Shown: one piece after another, positions 25,845 to 36,800 of the stretch
Layout of the letters: every line of letters begins with the position of its first letter
Numbering within the stretch: position 1 is the first letter of the stretch
Assembly (NCBI GenBank): GCA_964016885.1
Contig: OZ024743.1
Location: 119,846,001-119,910,000, forward strand
DNA from: Eledone cirrhosa
Taxonomy: Eukaryota
Reading direction: 5' to 3'
DNA: 64,000 nt
Position numbers and translations under genes: made by a program
Notes under the pieces: model-generated
What the model saw: only the letters and a program-made list of their open reading frames with translations
The model's database searches: none
Told to the model about the DNA's origin: nothing

Positions 25845-28800
25845 CTACAGGCTGATATAGAGAGAAGGCCCATTCACTCGGGCCATTCTCGCCACTTTCA
25901 CCCACCTTTCATAAAACTTGCTGGGGTACAGCACCTCTCTCTCCATCCTGATTCTTCTTCCAAAGTGGTATTTGAAAAAAAGAATCAGTTGTTGGCCGGA
26001 GAGAAAGGTGTCTGACCTCAGCCCTTTCAACCTTGTCCACCATACAACCTCTTTCGCCATAGCTATCACACAAAGGAAAACCGCCTCTCCTTCGTTTTTG
26101 AAGGAGGGTGGCGGTTTGATCATGACAATGGACTCGGTGGTCAACTGGATTGGTCCCACCCGCGACAATAGTCGTTCCACATAGCCCCACAGGTCAGTGA
26201 CGCCCGGGCAGTGTATGAATGCGTGCGCGACGGTTTCTTCGTCTCGCACGCACCTCGGACAGATCTTTTTTTCAGGGTCCCTGCCCGGGCGCCCATGTCT
26301 GTAGAGCTTGTCTCGAACTGGTAGAGCTCCTCGGTAGCACTGCCAGGCCAGGGACTTTTGGAAGTTGTCCATCGGTCCCGGGCGGAAGGTCCTACCGAAC
26401 AGACTGGCCAGTTCATCTTCCTCCACGCCTAGAGTTTCACCGAGCGCGTCGTCGCACTTGCTGCGGACCAACCCTCTATAGAATGACGAAGTGGAGTCTC
26501 CACTGATCGCCGGGTCCGCCTGCCAGAGGGCTGTGAGCGCCTGAGCACATTCGATGTGCCAGTCGCCCATTTTCCTCGGTCTCTGCTTGACCCAGGACTG
26601 CAGCTCGGTCAGCGAGACGAGTCGTGGGAAGGCTCGCCTCACGAACGGGGCCCACACCGGTTGTCCGGTGAGGAATACGTAGAGATGCCGCAGCCTGAGC
26701 GCGTGTTTGCGCATCGTCAACCACGGCATCCCCAGCCCTCCGTTAGAAGGGTGTTGGCAGCAGATGGATCTTCTTACCAAAGGAGCCCGCCTCTTCCAAA
26801 GGAATCGGAAGAGGGCGCGCTCCATTTTGGCGAGCGTTTTGGCTGGACAAGGCACGACGGTCAAGCGGTAGTAGATGGCGGACGCTATAAAAGTGTTCGC
26901 CACCTCCGCTCGACCTTTCAAGGATAGTTTGCACTCGGCCCACTTCTGGGTGAGTGCAAACACCTTGGCCGTCACTTCGTTCCAGTTCTTCTCCACCTGG
27001 AGGTCCGGACCAAACCAGACCCCGAGCAGCTTTACCGGTCCTTCCGTCCAGCGTCCGACGACGCCATCGGAAGGCATCGGTCTGCCTCTCCACGATCCGA
27101 GTTGCAAACCGATGGACTTGTCCCGGTTCAGCTTCGCTCCTGTGAGACTTTCGTATTCCTTTAGTAAGGTGCCGACTTCCTCGATTTGCGAGGCGCTCGA
27201 CACCATTACTGTCACGTCGTCGGCGTAGGCCGACGCCGCTTTCCGCAGTCCCGGTTCCAGAGGGATGCCCTGCAATAGCTCCAGCTTCCGCAGTAGTGGC
27301 TCGAGAGTCAGTACGTACAGAAGGGAGGAGAGAGGGCATCCCTGTCGAATGGATCGCGTAATATGGAACGGCTCCGAGAGGTAACCGTTCACCTTGACCC
27401 TTGAGCAGATGTTGCTGTTGTGCATTGCAGCAATCCAGCCCCTGAACACGGGTCCGAAGCCTGCCGCCTCGAGCACCGCATCCAGGTAACGATGGTCAAC
27501 CCTATCGAAAGCCTTAGACTGATCCAAGTTGATCAGGGCCCCACCGAAGCCGGGTTTACACCCTACCCTCTCTATGATGTATCGCATGAGGTGGAGGTTG
27601 TCGTGTATGGACCTGGTCGGGATCGCGCATGTCTGCGCTTCTCCCACCAGGTTCTCGACGACAAGCGCCAGCCTCTTTGCCAACACCTTGGCCAAAATCT
27701 GTAACTCTGTGTTTAGCAGAGTTATGGGCCGGAAGTTGCCTATGTCATCCCCCTTATTCTCGTCCTTCCTGATTAGTGTGACCACGCCCCCGGTTACAGA
27801 ACTGGGAATTCTCCCGTTCTGTTGCCAGTTGCAGTAGACCGGTTCCAGGAGACCGGAGAATAAGTCCGGCATTGCTACGTAAAATTCGTAGGGTAGACCG
27901 TCGAGACCTGGAGATTTGCGTTTGCCGCATTGGCTCAGCGCGTCCCCTATCTCAGTGGCTGAAATCGGCTTTTCGCAGAACTTCGCCTCACTGTCCGAGA
28001 GTCGCGGTAGGCCGTCGAGGTATGGACCGAAATCCATAGCCTCTCCCGGCGCGCCGCTCCCCCCGAACAGCCGAGCAAAGTGCCGCTGAAAAGCCGCACA
28101 CATCTGCTTCGGCTCACGTATCACGCGTCCGTTTTGGTCCTTCAAAGACCGAATCGTGGACTTGTTGCCACTTTTTGCCTCCGTCACTCGGGCCCAGCTA
28201 ACAGCTTTGGCTCCCTCGTTTCCCAGAGCACGTATTTTGCTTCTGACAACGCAGCCCTCGTGCTTTGCGTCGAAGAACTGGTCCAAGGCCGTTCTCGTTG
28301 CTAGCACGCTGGCTACGTTGCCACTTCTAATTGCCTCTTCTACTTTATCTACCAGTTCCTTCTCGGTTCTATTTCTATCTAACGCTAATTCTTTACTAAA
28401 AACTATCGAGTCTAATCTAACTGCCCTCTTGAGAGAGTACCACCATCTGTTGTTGACAATGGCCCCTGTCAAGTGCTGTTTAACTAAAGTGCTAATCCGT
28501 CTACTGTAGGCTTTGCTTGTCGGTAACGACAAGTTCAGCTTCCAGTAGCCGGGTCCTTGTCTATGGGTTCTATCAAGGTTGGCCATGCAGGTCACTAGTT
28601 TGTGATCTGAATAGGCAACCATGAACATTTGTGGACAGCTTAACATGTCCCTATCCTTATTTCTAACTAGAACCCTATCTAGGTACGATCTAGATGTTCC
28701 GCTACGATTACTCCACGTCCACATTGGCGCAGTCGGAAAATCTAGTCGATATCTATCGGCCAGGTCAAATCGGTCGATTAACTGTTTGAGGCTGTTACAC

Positions 28801-29282
28801 CCCCCTTTGTCGGGACATGCTCCCACATAGTCCCAACGTGCATCTAGGATTCCATTCCAGTCCCCCACTAAAAGCAAGGAGCGGGACGTTCCCAGAAAAG
28901 TCTCTAGACGTTTGAAGAAGTCTGGCCGCGGTGTCCCGGATGGGGCATATGCGGCCACCAGCCTGAAGGCTCCACCTTCACTACCGTCAACGTCTAGGAC
29001 CACCAGTCGACCCTCCGGGTCCAGATGTACCGTCTGTGTTACGAGGCCCAGGTGTTTCCGCAGCAAAACGGCAACTCCGCCCCCACCCCCCGGTTGACAG
29101 AGAGATGCGTAGATTTCAAAGTCATCGAAGATGGGGGCCAGCTGTCGCTCGCCGTGGATCCTGGACTCGCAAATGGCTACCACATCCAAACTGTGTGACC
29201 TGAGGTCGTTTAAGAGTTTGCCCTGTTTCCAGGGCATCCCCAGGCCGCGTACGTTCACACATCCAACTCTTATATTGGCCAT
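25845..29282 (-). CDS. ORF2: APE endonuclease, reverse transcriptase, C-terminal CCHC (1145 aa)
   Basis: NVRG, ICES, AYAP, GDWN, SYLD, YSDH; KSPGLDGLPYEFY, LDQSKAFDRVDH, QGCPLS, YADD, LLGV; CPRC..ETVAHAFIHC. Confidence 0.95.
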   Translation of the reverse strand: MANIRVGCVNVRGLGMPWKQGKLLNDLRSHSLDVVAICESRIHGERQLAPIFDDFEIYASLCQPGGGGGVAVLLRKHLGLVTQTVHLDPEGRLVVLDVDGSEGGAFRLVAAYAPSGTPRPDFFKRLETFLGTSRSLLLVGDWNGILDARWDYVGACPDKGGCNSLKQLIDRFDLADRYRLDFPTAPMWTWSNRSGTSRSYLDRVLVRNKDRDMLSCPQMFMVAYSDHKLVTCMANLDRTHRQGPGYWKLNLSLPTSKAYSRRISTLVKQHLTGAIVNNRWWYSLKRAVRLDSIVFSKELALDRNRTEKELVDKVEEAIRSGNVASVLATRTALDQFFDAKHEGCVVRSKIRALGNEGAKAVSWARVTEAKSGNKSTIRSLKDQNGRVIREPKQMCAAFQRHFARLFGGSGAPGEAMDFGPYLDGLPRLSDSEAKFCEKPISATEIGDALSQCGKRKSPGLDGLPYEFYVAMPDLFSGLLEPVYCNWQQNGRIPSSVTGGVVTLIRKDENKGDDIGNFRPITLLNTELQILAKVLAKRLALVVENLVGEAQTCAIPTRSIHDNLHLMRYIIERVGCKPGFGGALINLDQSKAFDRVDHRYLDAVLEAAGFGPVFRGWIAAMHNSNICSRVKVNGYLSEPFHITRSIRQGCPLSSLLYVLTLEPLLRKLELLQGIPLEPGLRKAASAYADDVTVMVSSASQIEEVGTLLKEYESLTGAKLNRDKSIGLQLGSWRGRPMPSDGVVGRWTEGPVKLLGVWFGPDLQVEKNWNEVTAKVFALTQKWAECKLSLKGRAEVANTFIASAIYYRLTVVPCPAKTLAKMERALFRFLWKRRAPLVRRSICCQHPSNGGLGMPWLTMRKHALRLRHLYVFLTGQPVWAPFVRRAFPRLVSLTELQSWVKQRPRKMGDWHIECAQALTALWQADPAISGDSTSSFYRGLVRSKCDDALGETLGVEEDELASLFGRTFRPGPMDNFQKSLAWQCYRGALPVRDKLYRHGRPGRDPEKKICPRCVRDEETVAHAFIHCPGVTDLWGYVERLLSRVGPIQLTTESIVMIKPPPSFKNEGEAVFLCVIAMAKEVVWWTRLKGLRSDTFLSGQQLILFFKYHFGRRIRMEREVLYPSKFYERWVKVARMARVNGPSLYISL

Positions 29283-29315
29283 GTTGGTGCTGAAAAGTTA
29301 AAAGAGGAAAAGAGA

Positions 29316-31232
29316 TCACTCACCCTTCGCCTCCTGGGGACCAGGCCGCACGATTTCCATGGGGGTGTTGGAGGGGTTGTCTGGATGGGTGGTGGTTTCC
29401 GGCGGGGTGGGGACGCAGATGTTTGGTGGGGTGGGGTCTGGTGGAATGGGGGTGTCTGGGGTGGGGAGGTATTTGAGAAGGACGCGGTTGAGTGGTTTCA
29501 CGCAGGAATTCCCCACATCCTTCTCAAATGTTTCTTTTAGGGACCTATAAGTTTGTATAGGGACCCTAATCAGTTTTAGGTTCATTTTTTTGCTATTTTT
29601 TATAGAGTGGGCGAAAGTTTTCCCTTCGGTGAAAACCGAAGGGTCGTTCGTAATGGTCTCCATTAGTGTTTTGTTTTCAGTGTTTATGTAAGTGTAAGTG
29701 TAATTTTCTTGTGTTGTGTTTGTTTTTGTCTGTAGTTCTTGTGTGTGCTTTCGTTTTGTTGTAGGTATTTTGTTTTCAGGAGGTGGGGGTTTTGTTTGTG
29801 ATATTTTTGTTGTTTGTGTTGGTGGTTGTATGTTTGTGGTAGTGTTTGCTGGTTTTTTGCTTTTGTGATGTCTTTTCTTTCTTTTCGAGCGATGGGGTTC
29901 TCCCTCGTCTTCACTGGGTGATGGCGAGATAGCCTCATCTGTTGTATCGTCTGTGTGATTGGGGAGGGGTATGTCTTGGGGAGCTGTTGTGTCTGTATGT
30001 GATTTTGCAGTGGTTTTAGGTGGAGTGAGGTTGGGTGGGACTGTGTTTGTTGTGGTTATTTTTGTGTGTTGGTGTTGTTGTTGTAGTGGTGGTGTTGGTG
30101 GTTGTGTTGTTTTGATGGGTGTTGGCAGAAGAGCCTTTTTTTGGTTCATTAGTTTAGGACAGGAAGCCCTCAGGTGACCCCTGCTAAAGCAATGGTAACA
30201 TGAAGGCCGCCTACCCTCAACCGAAAGGTTTATGTAGGTAAGTCCGTCCAGGAGTACACGCTGTGGGATCATAGCTATTCGCTCTGGGCTCATTTGCACC
30301 AGAACTTCAATGCTAGTCCCATTGAATACATCTCTGGGGGACTTGCCTACTGACAGTATTCTGTCTTCATCAAAATTGATGAAGCCGCACAGTATCCACC
30401 ATATGTTCACCTTTGGTGTGACACTTGTGATTCTGATCTTTTGTGTCCTTTTTCCCATGTATGTAGGGAAAAAGGTGTACAGGTTGGATACAATTGGCGA
30501 CACAGAGTAATTTTGGGCCGTCAATTGATCCTTCATCAGTACCGAAATACTCCCAAAAAGTTTGCTTCTTTGAATGAATGCAATATCATTCATTGAATCT
30601 TTGAAAACCAGTTCAATATCTTTCTGTGACAATTGGACTGGTTTTCGGGTAGAATTGGAAACTGTCCTAAAAACTATCGTTTTGAGAGCAGTTTCCTTGC
30701 GAATTTCTACCGGAGAATTGATGCTGAAAGCACCATTTTTTTCGAAGGTGACATATCTCTTAGCGTCCTTTAAAAGGTGTTCAGCATTTGTTATGTCGAG
30801 ATATATCAATTGTTCTTTCTTTTGAACTTTCTCCGCAAAGGAGATTTTTGGTTTCTTTGTGGAATCCGTATTGGTGGTGTTGTCATTATTGTTGTTATTC
30901 TTGTTGTTATTCTTGTTGTCACCGATGTTGGTATCATCCGTATTTTCCTTGGTGTTGTTGTTGTCTTTGATGCTGGTGTTATTGGCGTTGTCTTTATTTT
31001 TTTCTTTGTTGTTGTTATCATTGTTGCTTTTATCATCATTATTGGTTTTGCTGTTATTTTTGTCGTCATTGAGCTGTTTGGTGTCATTTGTGTTGTTTGG
31101 ATGTGAATTCGTTTTTTTATTTTCATTTTGTCTTTCCATCTCTATAGTATCTAGTGAAGAAGACGTTGTTGACTGCGAGCTTTGTAGTCTTACCGCCTCT
31201 CCACCACCATTATCGTTGGACGCAGCGTTCAT
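29316..31232 (-). CDS. ORF1: gag-like nucleic-acid-binding protein with CCHC zinc knuckle (638 aa)
   Basis: CYHCFSRGHLRASC; position upstream of ORF2; Asn-rich N-terminus and Pro/Thr-rich C-terminal part. Confidence 0.9.
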   Translation of the reverse strand: MNAASNDNGGGEAVRLQSSQSTTSSSLDTIEMERQNENKKTNSHPNNTNDTKQLNDDKNNSKTNNDDKSNNDNNNKEKNKDNANNTSIKDNNNTKENTDDTNIGDNKNNNKNNNNNDNTTNTDSTKKPKISFAEKVQKKEQLIYLDITNAEHLLKDAKRYVTFEKNGAFSINSPVEIRKETALKTIVFRTVSNSTRKPVQLSQKDIELVFKDSMNDIAFIQRSKLFGSISVLMKDQLTAQNYSVSPIVSNLYTFFPTYMGKRTQKIRITSVTPKVNIWWILCGFINFDEDRILSVGKSPRDVFNGTSIEVLVQMSPERIAMIPQRVLLDGLTYINLSVEGRRPSCYHCFSRGHLRASCPKLMNQKKALLPTPIKTTQPPTPPLQQQHQHTKITTTNTVPPNLTPPKTTAKSHTDTTAPQDIPLPNHTDDTTDEAISPSPSEDEGEPHRSKRKKRHHKSKKPANTTTNIQPPTQTTKISQTKPPPPENKIPTTKRKHTQELQTKTNTTQENYTYTYINTENKTLMETITNDPSVFTEGKTFAHSIKNSKKMNLKLIRVPIQTYRSLKETFEKDVGNSCVKPLNRVLLKYLPTPDTPIPPDPTPPNICVPTPPETTTHPDNPSNTPMEIVRPGPQEAKGE

Positions 31233-31456
31233 AACGTAATCAAAATTTTACAATATTTTTTCCAAGATTCGATGGAGAAAAATTTTTTAAATGGATATTC
31301 CGCCCCTGAAGGGGCGAAAATGAGTTGACCCACCACCTGAAGGTCCAGACGGGTGGTCAAGTTACACAATGATATAAAATTGAACTAAAAACTCACGTTT
31401 TTTCCTTACATAAATTAACGGAAACTTCTCCGCGAAGTGACACACGACTGATAGAG

Positions 31457-31499
<43 letters not shown>

Positions 31500-31690
31500 A
31501 CAAAGCCATCGTAATGCAGTGGATATATCTCATAATGATTTATGAAATTATGGACGAAAATTATTTTAATTGATTTAAATGAATGTAAAATTAAAGATGC
31601 TGAAAGGAAATCTAGGATTCAAGCATCATTACATGGAGTGTAGGAATCAAGGAATTATTAATATGAAATTGACTGTGTGATGCTACTATG

Positions 31691-31751
<61 letters not shown>

Positions 31752-31755
<4 letters not shown>

Positions 31756-32451
31756 CGTTTCTGAATTTGTTTAGCAAGATTCTTTATCTGAAATCGTGTG
31801 TTGAAACCGATATTGTTATACTTTGGGAGGGTCATGTTGCCAATAAGAAACACACGCACCAGTTGCTTTCACTTCAATTTAATTTATTAAATATTTATAA
31901 ATTTACAAATTTATAAATTTCTGGTTGGTTGGTTGGTTCCACAACCAGATAGTTGTTTATATATATATAGTCATAGTTCTTTCGTCACACACTCTGTGAC
32001 CTCTTCAGTGACTGGGGATTTCTTTCTTCGTTTCTGTGCCTTTCCTTTCTTCTATCCTACGCCATTTTGTTTGTGTGTGGGTTGCGTGCTCAGTTTGCAC
32101 ATGCGCCACATCCGGGTGTCTGTGTGTGTTTGTGTTCATTTTTCTATTTTTCTATTTATATTTTTTTTTTGCAAACTGAGCACGCAACCCACACACAAAC
32201 AAAATGGCGTAGGATAGAAGAAAGGAAAGGCACAGAAACGAAGAAAGAAATCCCCAGTCACTGAAGAGGTCACAGAGTGTGTGACGAAAGAACTATGACT
32301 ATATATATATAAACAACTATCTGGTTGTGGAACCAACCAACCAACCAGAAATTTATAAATTTGTAAATTTATAAATATTTAATAAATTAAATTGAAGTGA
32401 AAGCAACTGGTGCGTGTGTTTCTTATTGGCAACATGACCCTCCCAAAGTAT

Positions 32452-32459
<8 letters not shown>
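31752..32459. mobile_element. Palindromic non-autonomous PLE-end derivative with 290-bp inverted arms, in (TA)n
   Basis: 31810-32099 is the reverse complement of 32170-32459 with a 70-bp spacer; ends homologous to 45437-45510; hammerhead in each arm. Confidence 0.8.
32256..32300 (+). ncRNA. Minimal type-I hammerhead fold (mirror copy at 31969-32013 on minus)
   Basis: agtca-CTGAAGA-g-gtcac-agagtgt-gtgac-GAAA-gaac-TA-tgact. Confidence 0.7.
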
Positions 32460-32487
<28 letters not shown>

Positions 32488-32506
32488 GTGTATACATATA
32501 CATGTG

Positions 32507-32696
<190 letters not shown>

Positions 32697-32872
32697 TTGG
32701 AGCAAAATACATTATATATACATTCATATATATATTGCTATTTCAGAGCTCCAATTCTAATTTTTAATTTCTGCCTGACCGGCAACCGCTCTGTATAATC
32801 AGTTCCTGATTATTTACTAGAATTCTATAAGAATATAACATCAGTGATCTCAGTAGACAGGAGGGAGTAGTT

Positions 32873-32917
32873 AGCCTTGATAAGCATCAATAAATGCGAA
32901 ACAAGGCCTTGTCGGCT
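32873..32917 (+). ncRNA. Hammerhead fold with mutated core inside a 319-bp terminally redundant unit
   Basis: agcc-TTGATAA-gcat-caataa-atgc-GAAA-caaggccttg-TC-ggct; palindromic stem III; two core substitutions versus CTGATGA. Confidence 0.6.
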
Positions 32918-33105
32918 TATCTCCCCTTGTTTGCTGAGATTAAAGTAAGTGAGTTTGTCACTACTCTAAAACAATAGCATACGGTCTTCAAAATGCTTTT
33001 AATTAAGCATAAAGTGTATTGCAAAATACATTATATATACATTCATATATATATATATATGAATGTATGTATAGTATATTTGGCTCTATACCGTATGTTT
33101 AATTT

Positions 33106-33151
<46 letters not shown>

Positions 33152-33273
33152 AAATTAAGATAAATCAAATGAATTTAATCCAAATCAAAATAATGGGTGT
33201 CATGCCAGAAAGACATGCGCTATATCACCCGCAAAATAAGCTCTAAGATTCTAACGAGTAGGTCCGAGCATTT

Positions 33274-33564
33274 TATAATAAATAGAAATTGATTAACATA
33301 TAAATAAACATGAATAATCACAGGAGATAATTTTTACAAGTGTGTAATCACACATAGCTAGGTAGATAACTACATAAAGTTGACCAGAACTTAAAAAATA
33401 GATACCTTATAATATATTAATCATATTATAAGGTATCTATTTTTGAAGTCCTGGTCAACTTTATGTAGTTATCTACCTAGCTATGTGTGGTTACACACTT
33501 GTAAAAATTATCTCCTGTGATTATTCATGTTTATTTATATGTTAATCAATTTCTAGTTATTATA
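33274..33564. repeat. Fold-back palindrome, about 142-bp arms and 7-nt loop
   Basis: 33274-33415 versus 33423-33564 with about 4 mismatches; enclosed by a further inverted pair at about 33061-33112 and 33574-33625. Confidence 0.9.
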
Positions 33565-33826
33565 TATATATATATATTTTAAATTAAACATACGGTATAT
33601 AGCAAAATATACTATACATACATTTATATATATATATATATACGTGTGTTTTGCGAAAGAGTTTTATTTAGTTCGAGTCAGTGTCCGCTTACTCGTGAGT
33701 TTCACCTGTGTTTACAGGGTTATCAGGCGTGCCACATAAACATGCACACTGACATACAATCACACACACAAATATATATCTCTGTATATAAGTGTCTATA
33801 TCTATCTATCTATCTATCTATCTATA

Positions 33827-33878
33827 TGTCTTTGTATTGTCCCATTTTCTTGTGTGCCCTTGTGGCAAATAAAGAAAT
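33827..33878 (+). mobile_element. Extreme 3' fragment of the Tx1-like LINE in (TATC)n
   Basis: ttgtccc..tgtgcccttgtggcaaataaagaaat matches the 3' ends at 7258 and 25607; (TATC)n on both sides. Confidence 0.8.
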
Positions 33879-33905
33879 GTATCTATCATCTATCTATCTA
33901 TATAT

Positions 33906-34090
33906 ATAGGAAAATGTACGACCCCGACGGCAGAGCTCAAGCCGTTTCGACGGCTATATCTGGACTCCAGCCCAGAAATAGCCGTCGAAACGGCTTGAGC
34001 TCTGCCGTCGGGGTTATACATTTTCCTATTATCCACTCTACTACCCTATGTATTGAGTACTCTGGTGCGTTATGGTCCATCTGGTTCCTT
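33906..34090. mobile_element. Short fold-back element with one-sided tail, copy 1
   Basis: 58-bp inverted arms 33906-33963 and 33972-34029, then a tail shared with about 61685-61767. Confidence 0.75.
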
Positions 34091-34110
34091 ACCACAACTT
34101 ATTCGTTATC

Positions 34111-34211
<101 letters not shown>

Positions 34212-34615
34212 TGAGAGAGAGAGAGAGAGAAAGAGAGAGAAACATGGTCAGAAGTGGTTTGCGTTTGTGTTTTTACACTTATATATACACACATACATGT
34301 ATAAATACTCTGAATTATAAAAGCGAATGTCACACAAACAAATACAGAATCAAACACACACATAGGCATACTTCGTTAAAACCTGCAATACGAAATGGTG
34401 CAATTATTGATAAAGAATGGTAGCATTGGATGAAGTGGCATGGGTTGAAATGGCGGAAAAGCTATTATTGAAATCTGGGGTGATGTGTCAGTTCTTTGAC
34501 AGAAACATCGATGACAGGGTAAATTTGGCTTTCGATATTGAGTTGCGGACCTTTCGCTGAAATCATTGCTTTTCCCGGTGAAAATCGAATATATATATAT
34601 ATATATGTGTGTATG

Positions 34616-34651
<36 letters not shown>

Positions 34652-34659
34652 TATGTATG

Positions 34660-34766
<107 letters not shown>

Positions 34767-34777
34767 ATATATATATG

Positions 34778-34919
<142 letters not shown>

Positions 34920-34978
34920 CACACACACATATATATATACATATATACATATATACATATACATTTATCAATATCTAT

Positions 34979-35022
<44 letters not shown>

Positions 35023-35070
35023 TATGTATGTATATATATATATATACATATATAGATATTGATATATATT

Positions 35071-35145
<75 letters not shown>

Positions 35146-35398
35146 ATGTATATATGTATGTGTGTGTGTGTATGGTTTTGACAATGATATTCTCTATTCA
35201 AGAATATCAATGTTGTTGTTTCTGGTGTTTGTTTCATTTTCTTTGCTTCTCGTGTATTTTACAATGTTTTCTCCCCCATTCTTTTAATGCTTTTCTTTTC
35301 TTCGTGTGTGCATATATATATATATATATTTTTTTTTTCTGTGTGTGCGAATGCATATATATGTGTATATGTGTGTGTTTTTCTCTCTTTCTCTCTCG

Positions 35399-35480
<82 letters not shown>

Positions 35481-35494
35481 CACACTCTCTCTCC

Positions 35495-35543
<49 letters not shown>

Positions 35544-35607
35544 CACACTCTCTCTCCCTCATCTCTCTCTCTCTCTCTCTCTCTTCGTATATACATATAT
35601 ATATGTA

Positions 35608-35645
<38 letters not shown>

Positions 35646-35652
35646 ATATATG

Positions 35653-35726
<74 letters not shown>

Positions 35727-35760
35727 GTTTATATATGTATATATATATATACACACATAT

Positions 35761-35797
<37 letters not shown>

Positions 35798-36728
35798 TGC
35801 TTGAATGTTTGTATGTGGCTGCTCAGGTTTACGTGTGTTATTTTTTCTTCGTCTTTTCTTTTTCTTTATATCTTCCTAAATTGTCCGGGAGACAAAATGA
35901 AAGTCACGGCTGAGATAGTTCTGCAATGGCCACTTTCCCGGAACGAAAGGCGGGAAAAACGATCGATTATTTATCATTCACTTTAATTACTGTCTTCTTC
36001 AGTTCTCGATAGCACACGTGTCCTTAATGGGGATTGGTTGTTTCGCTTGACTTACTCTCTTTAATTGGACACTTGGTGCCCTTCTCAACGAAAGAAAAAT
36101 TTTGTCGAAGATTTCGACAAAATGAAATAAATAAGTTCAATTTCCATTTGGAAATACATATATTATCTGAATTCAGAATGTAGCTTCTCTTTATGGCACA
36201 TACATTCTTTAGTTATAGTAATTAGGAACTGATACTAATTCGCAATGATTTGTGTCTGTAATGTTAGCAAAACGCTGCCAATTATATTATTAGCAAGATT
36301 AATAAGTGCAAATAGGAGCAGTGCAATTTAATCATTAGGAGTGCATCGAAATTTGCCAATAAAGTGAAGCATAAATCAAATCTACGGGATGGTTTCGATT
36401 CCTGCTAAAAGCTATTGCATTTTTTTCTTTTGCGTCATAAACACTATTGGGAAATGTATTAAAGTTACTATACCTTTTCAATGTTCATGTGTTCTTTCTA
36501 TTCTTCTCTTCTAAACATAACATGTAAAGAAAGCTGCGGTCAATAAGCTTGACGGACCCCACCAGCTGTCTGGTGGAAGACATCAGAGTCACGCTAACGT
36601 TAGTATAGGTTATGGGGCATTGCTGCTTTTAATTATTCTTTACATACGTTTTCATTAACATTTTAACACCTTGCCACCCTCACCACCACAACCACCATGA
36701 AAACAACAACTACTACTACTACTACTAC

Positions 36729-36800
<72 letters not shown>

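Larger units (their letters stand above)
25607..31450 (-). mobile_element. Full-length, apparently intact Tx1-clade LINE inserted in (GATA)n
   Basis: Two uninterrupted ORFs; 5' start at TCAGTC (Inr-like); 3' gtggctaataaagaaat; (GATA)n at about 25520-25604 and 31450-31498. Confidence 0.95.

Noticed and set aside
29290-29323. 34-nt GTGAGT..CAG mini-intron fusing ORF1 to ORF2
   Set aside because: Very short, and removal leaves ORF2 out of frame
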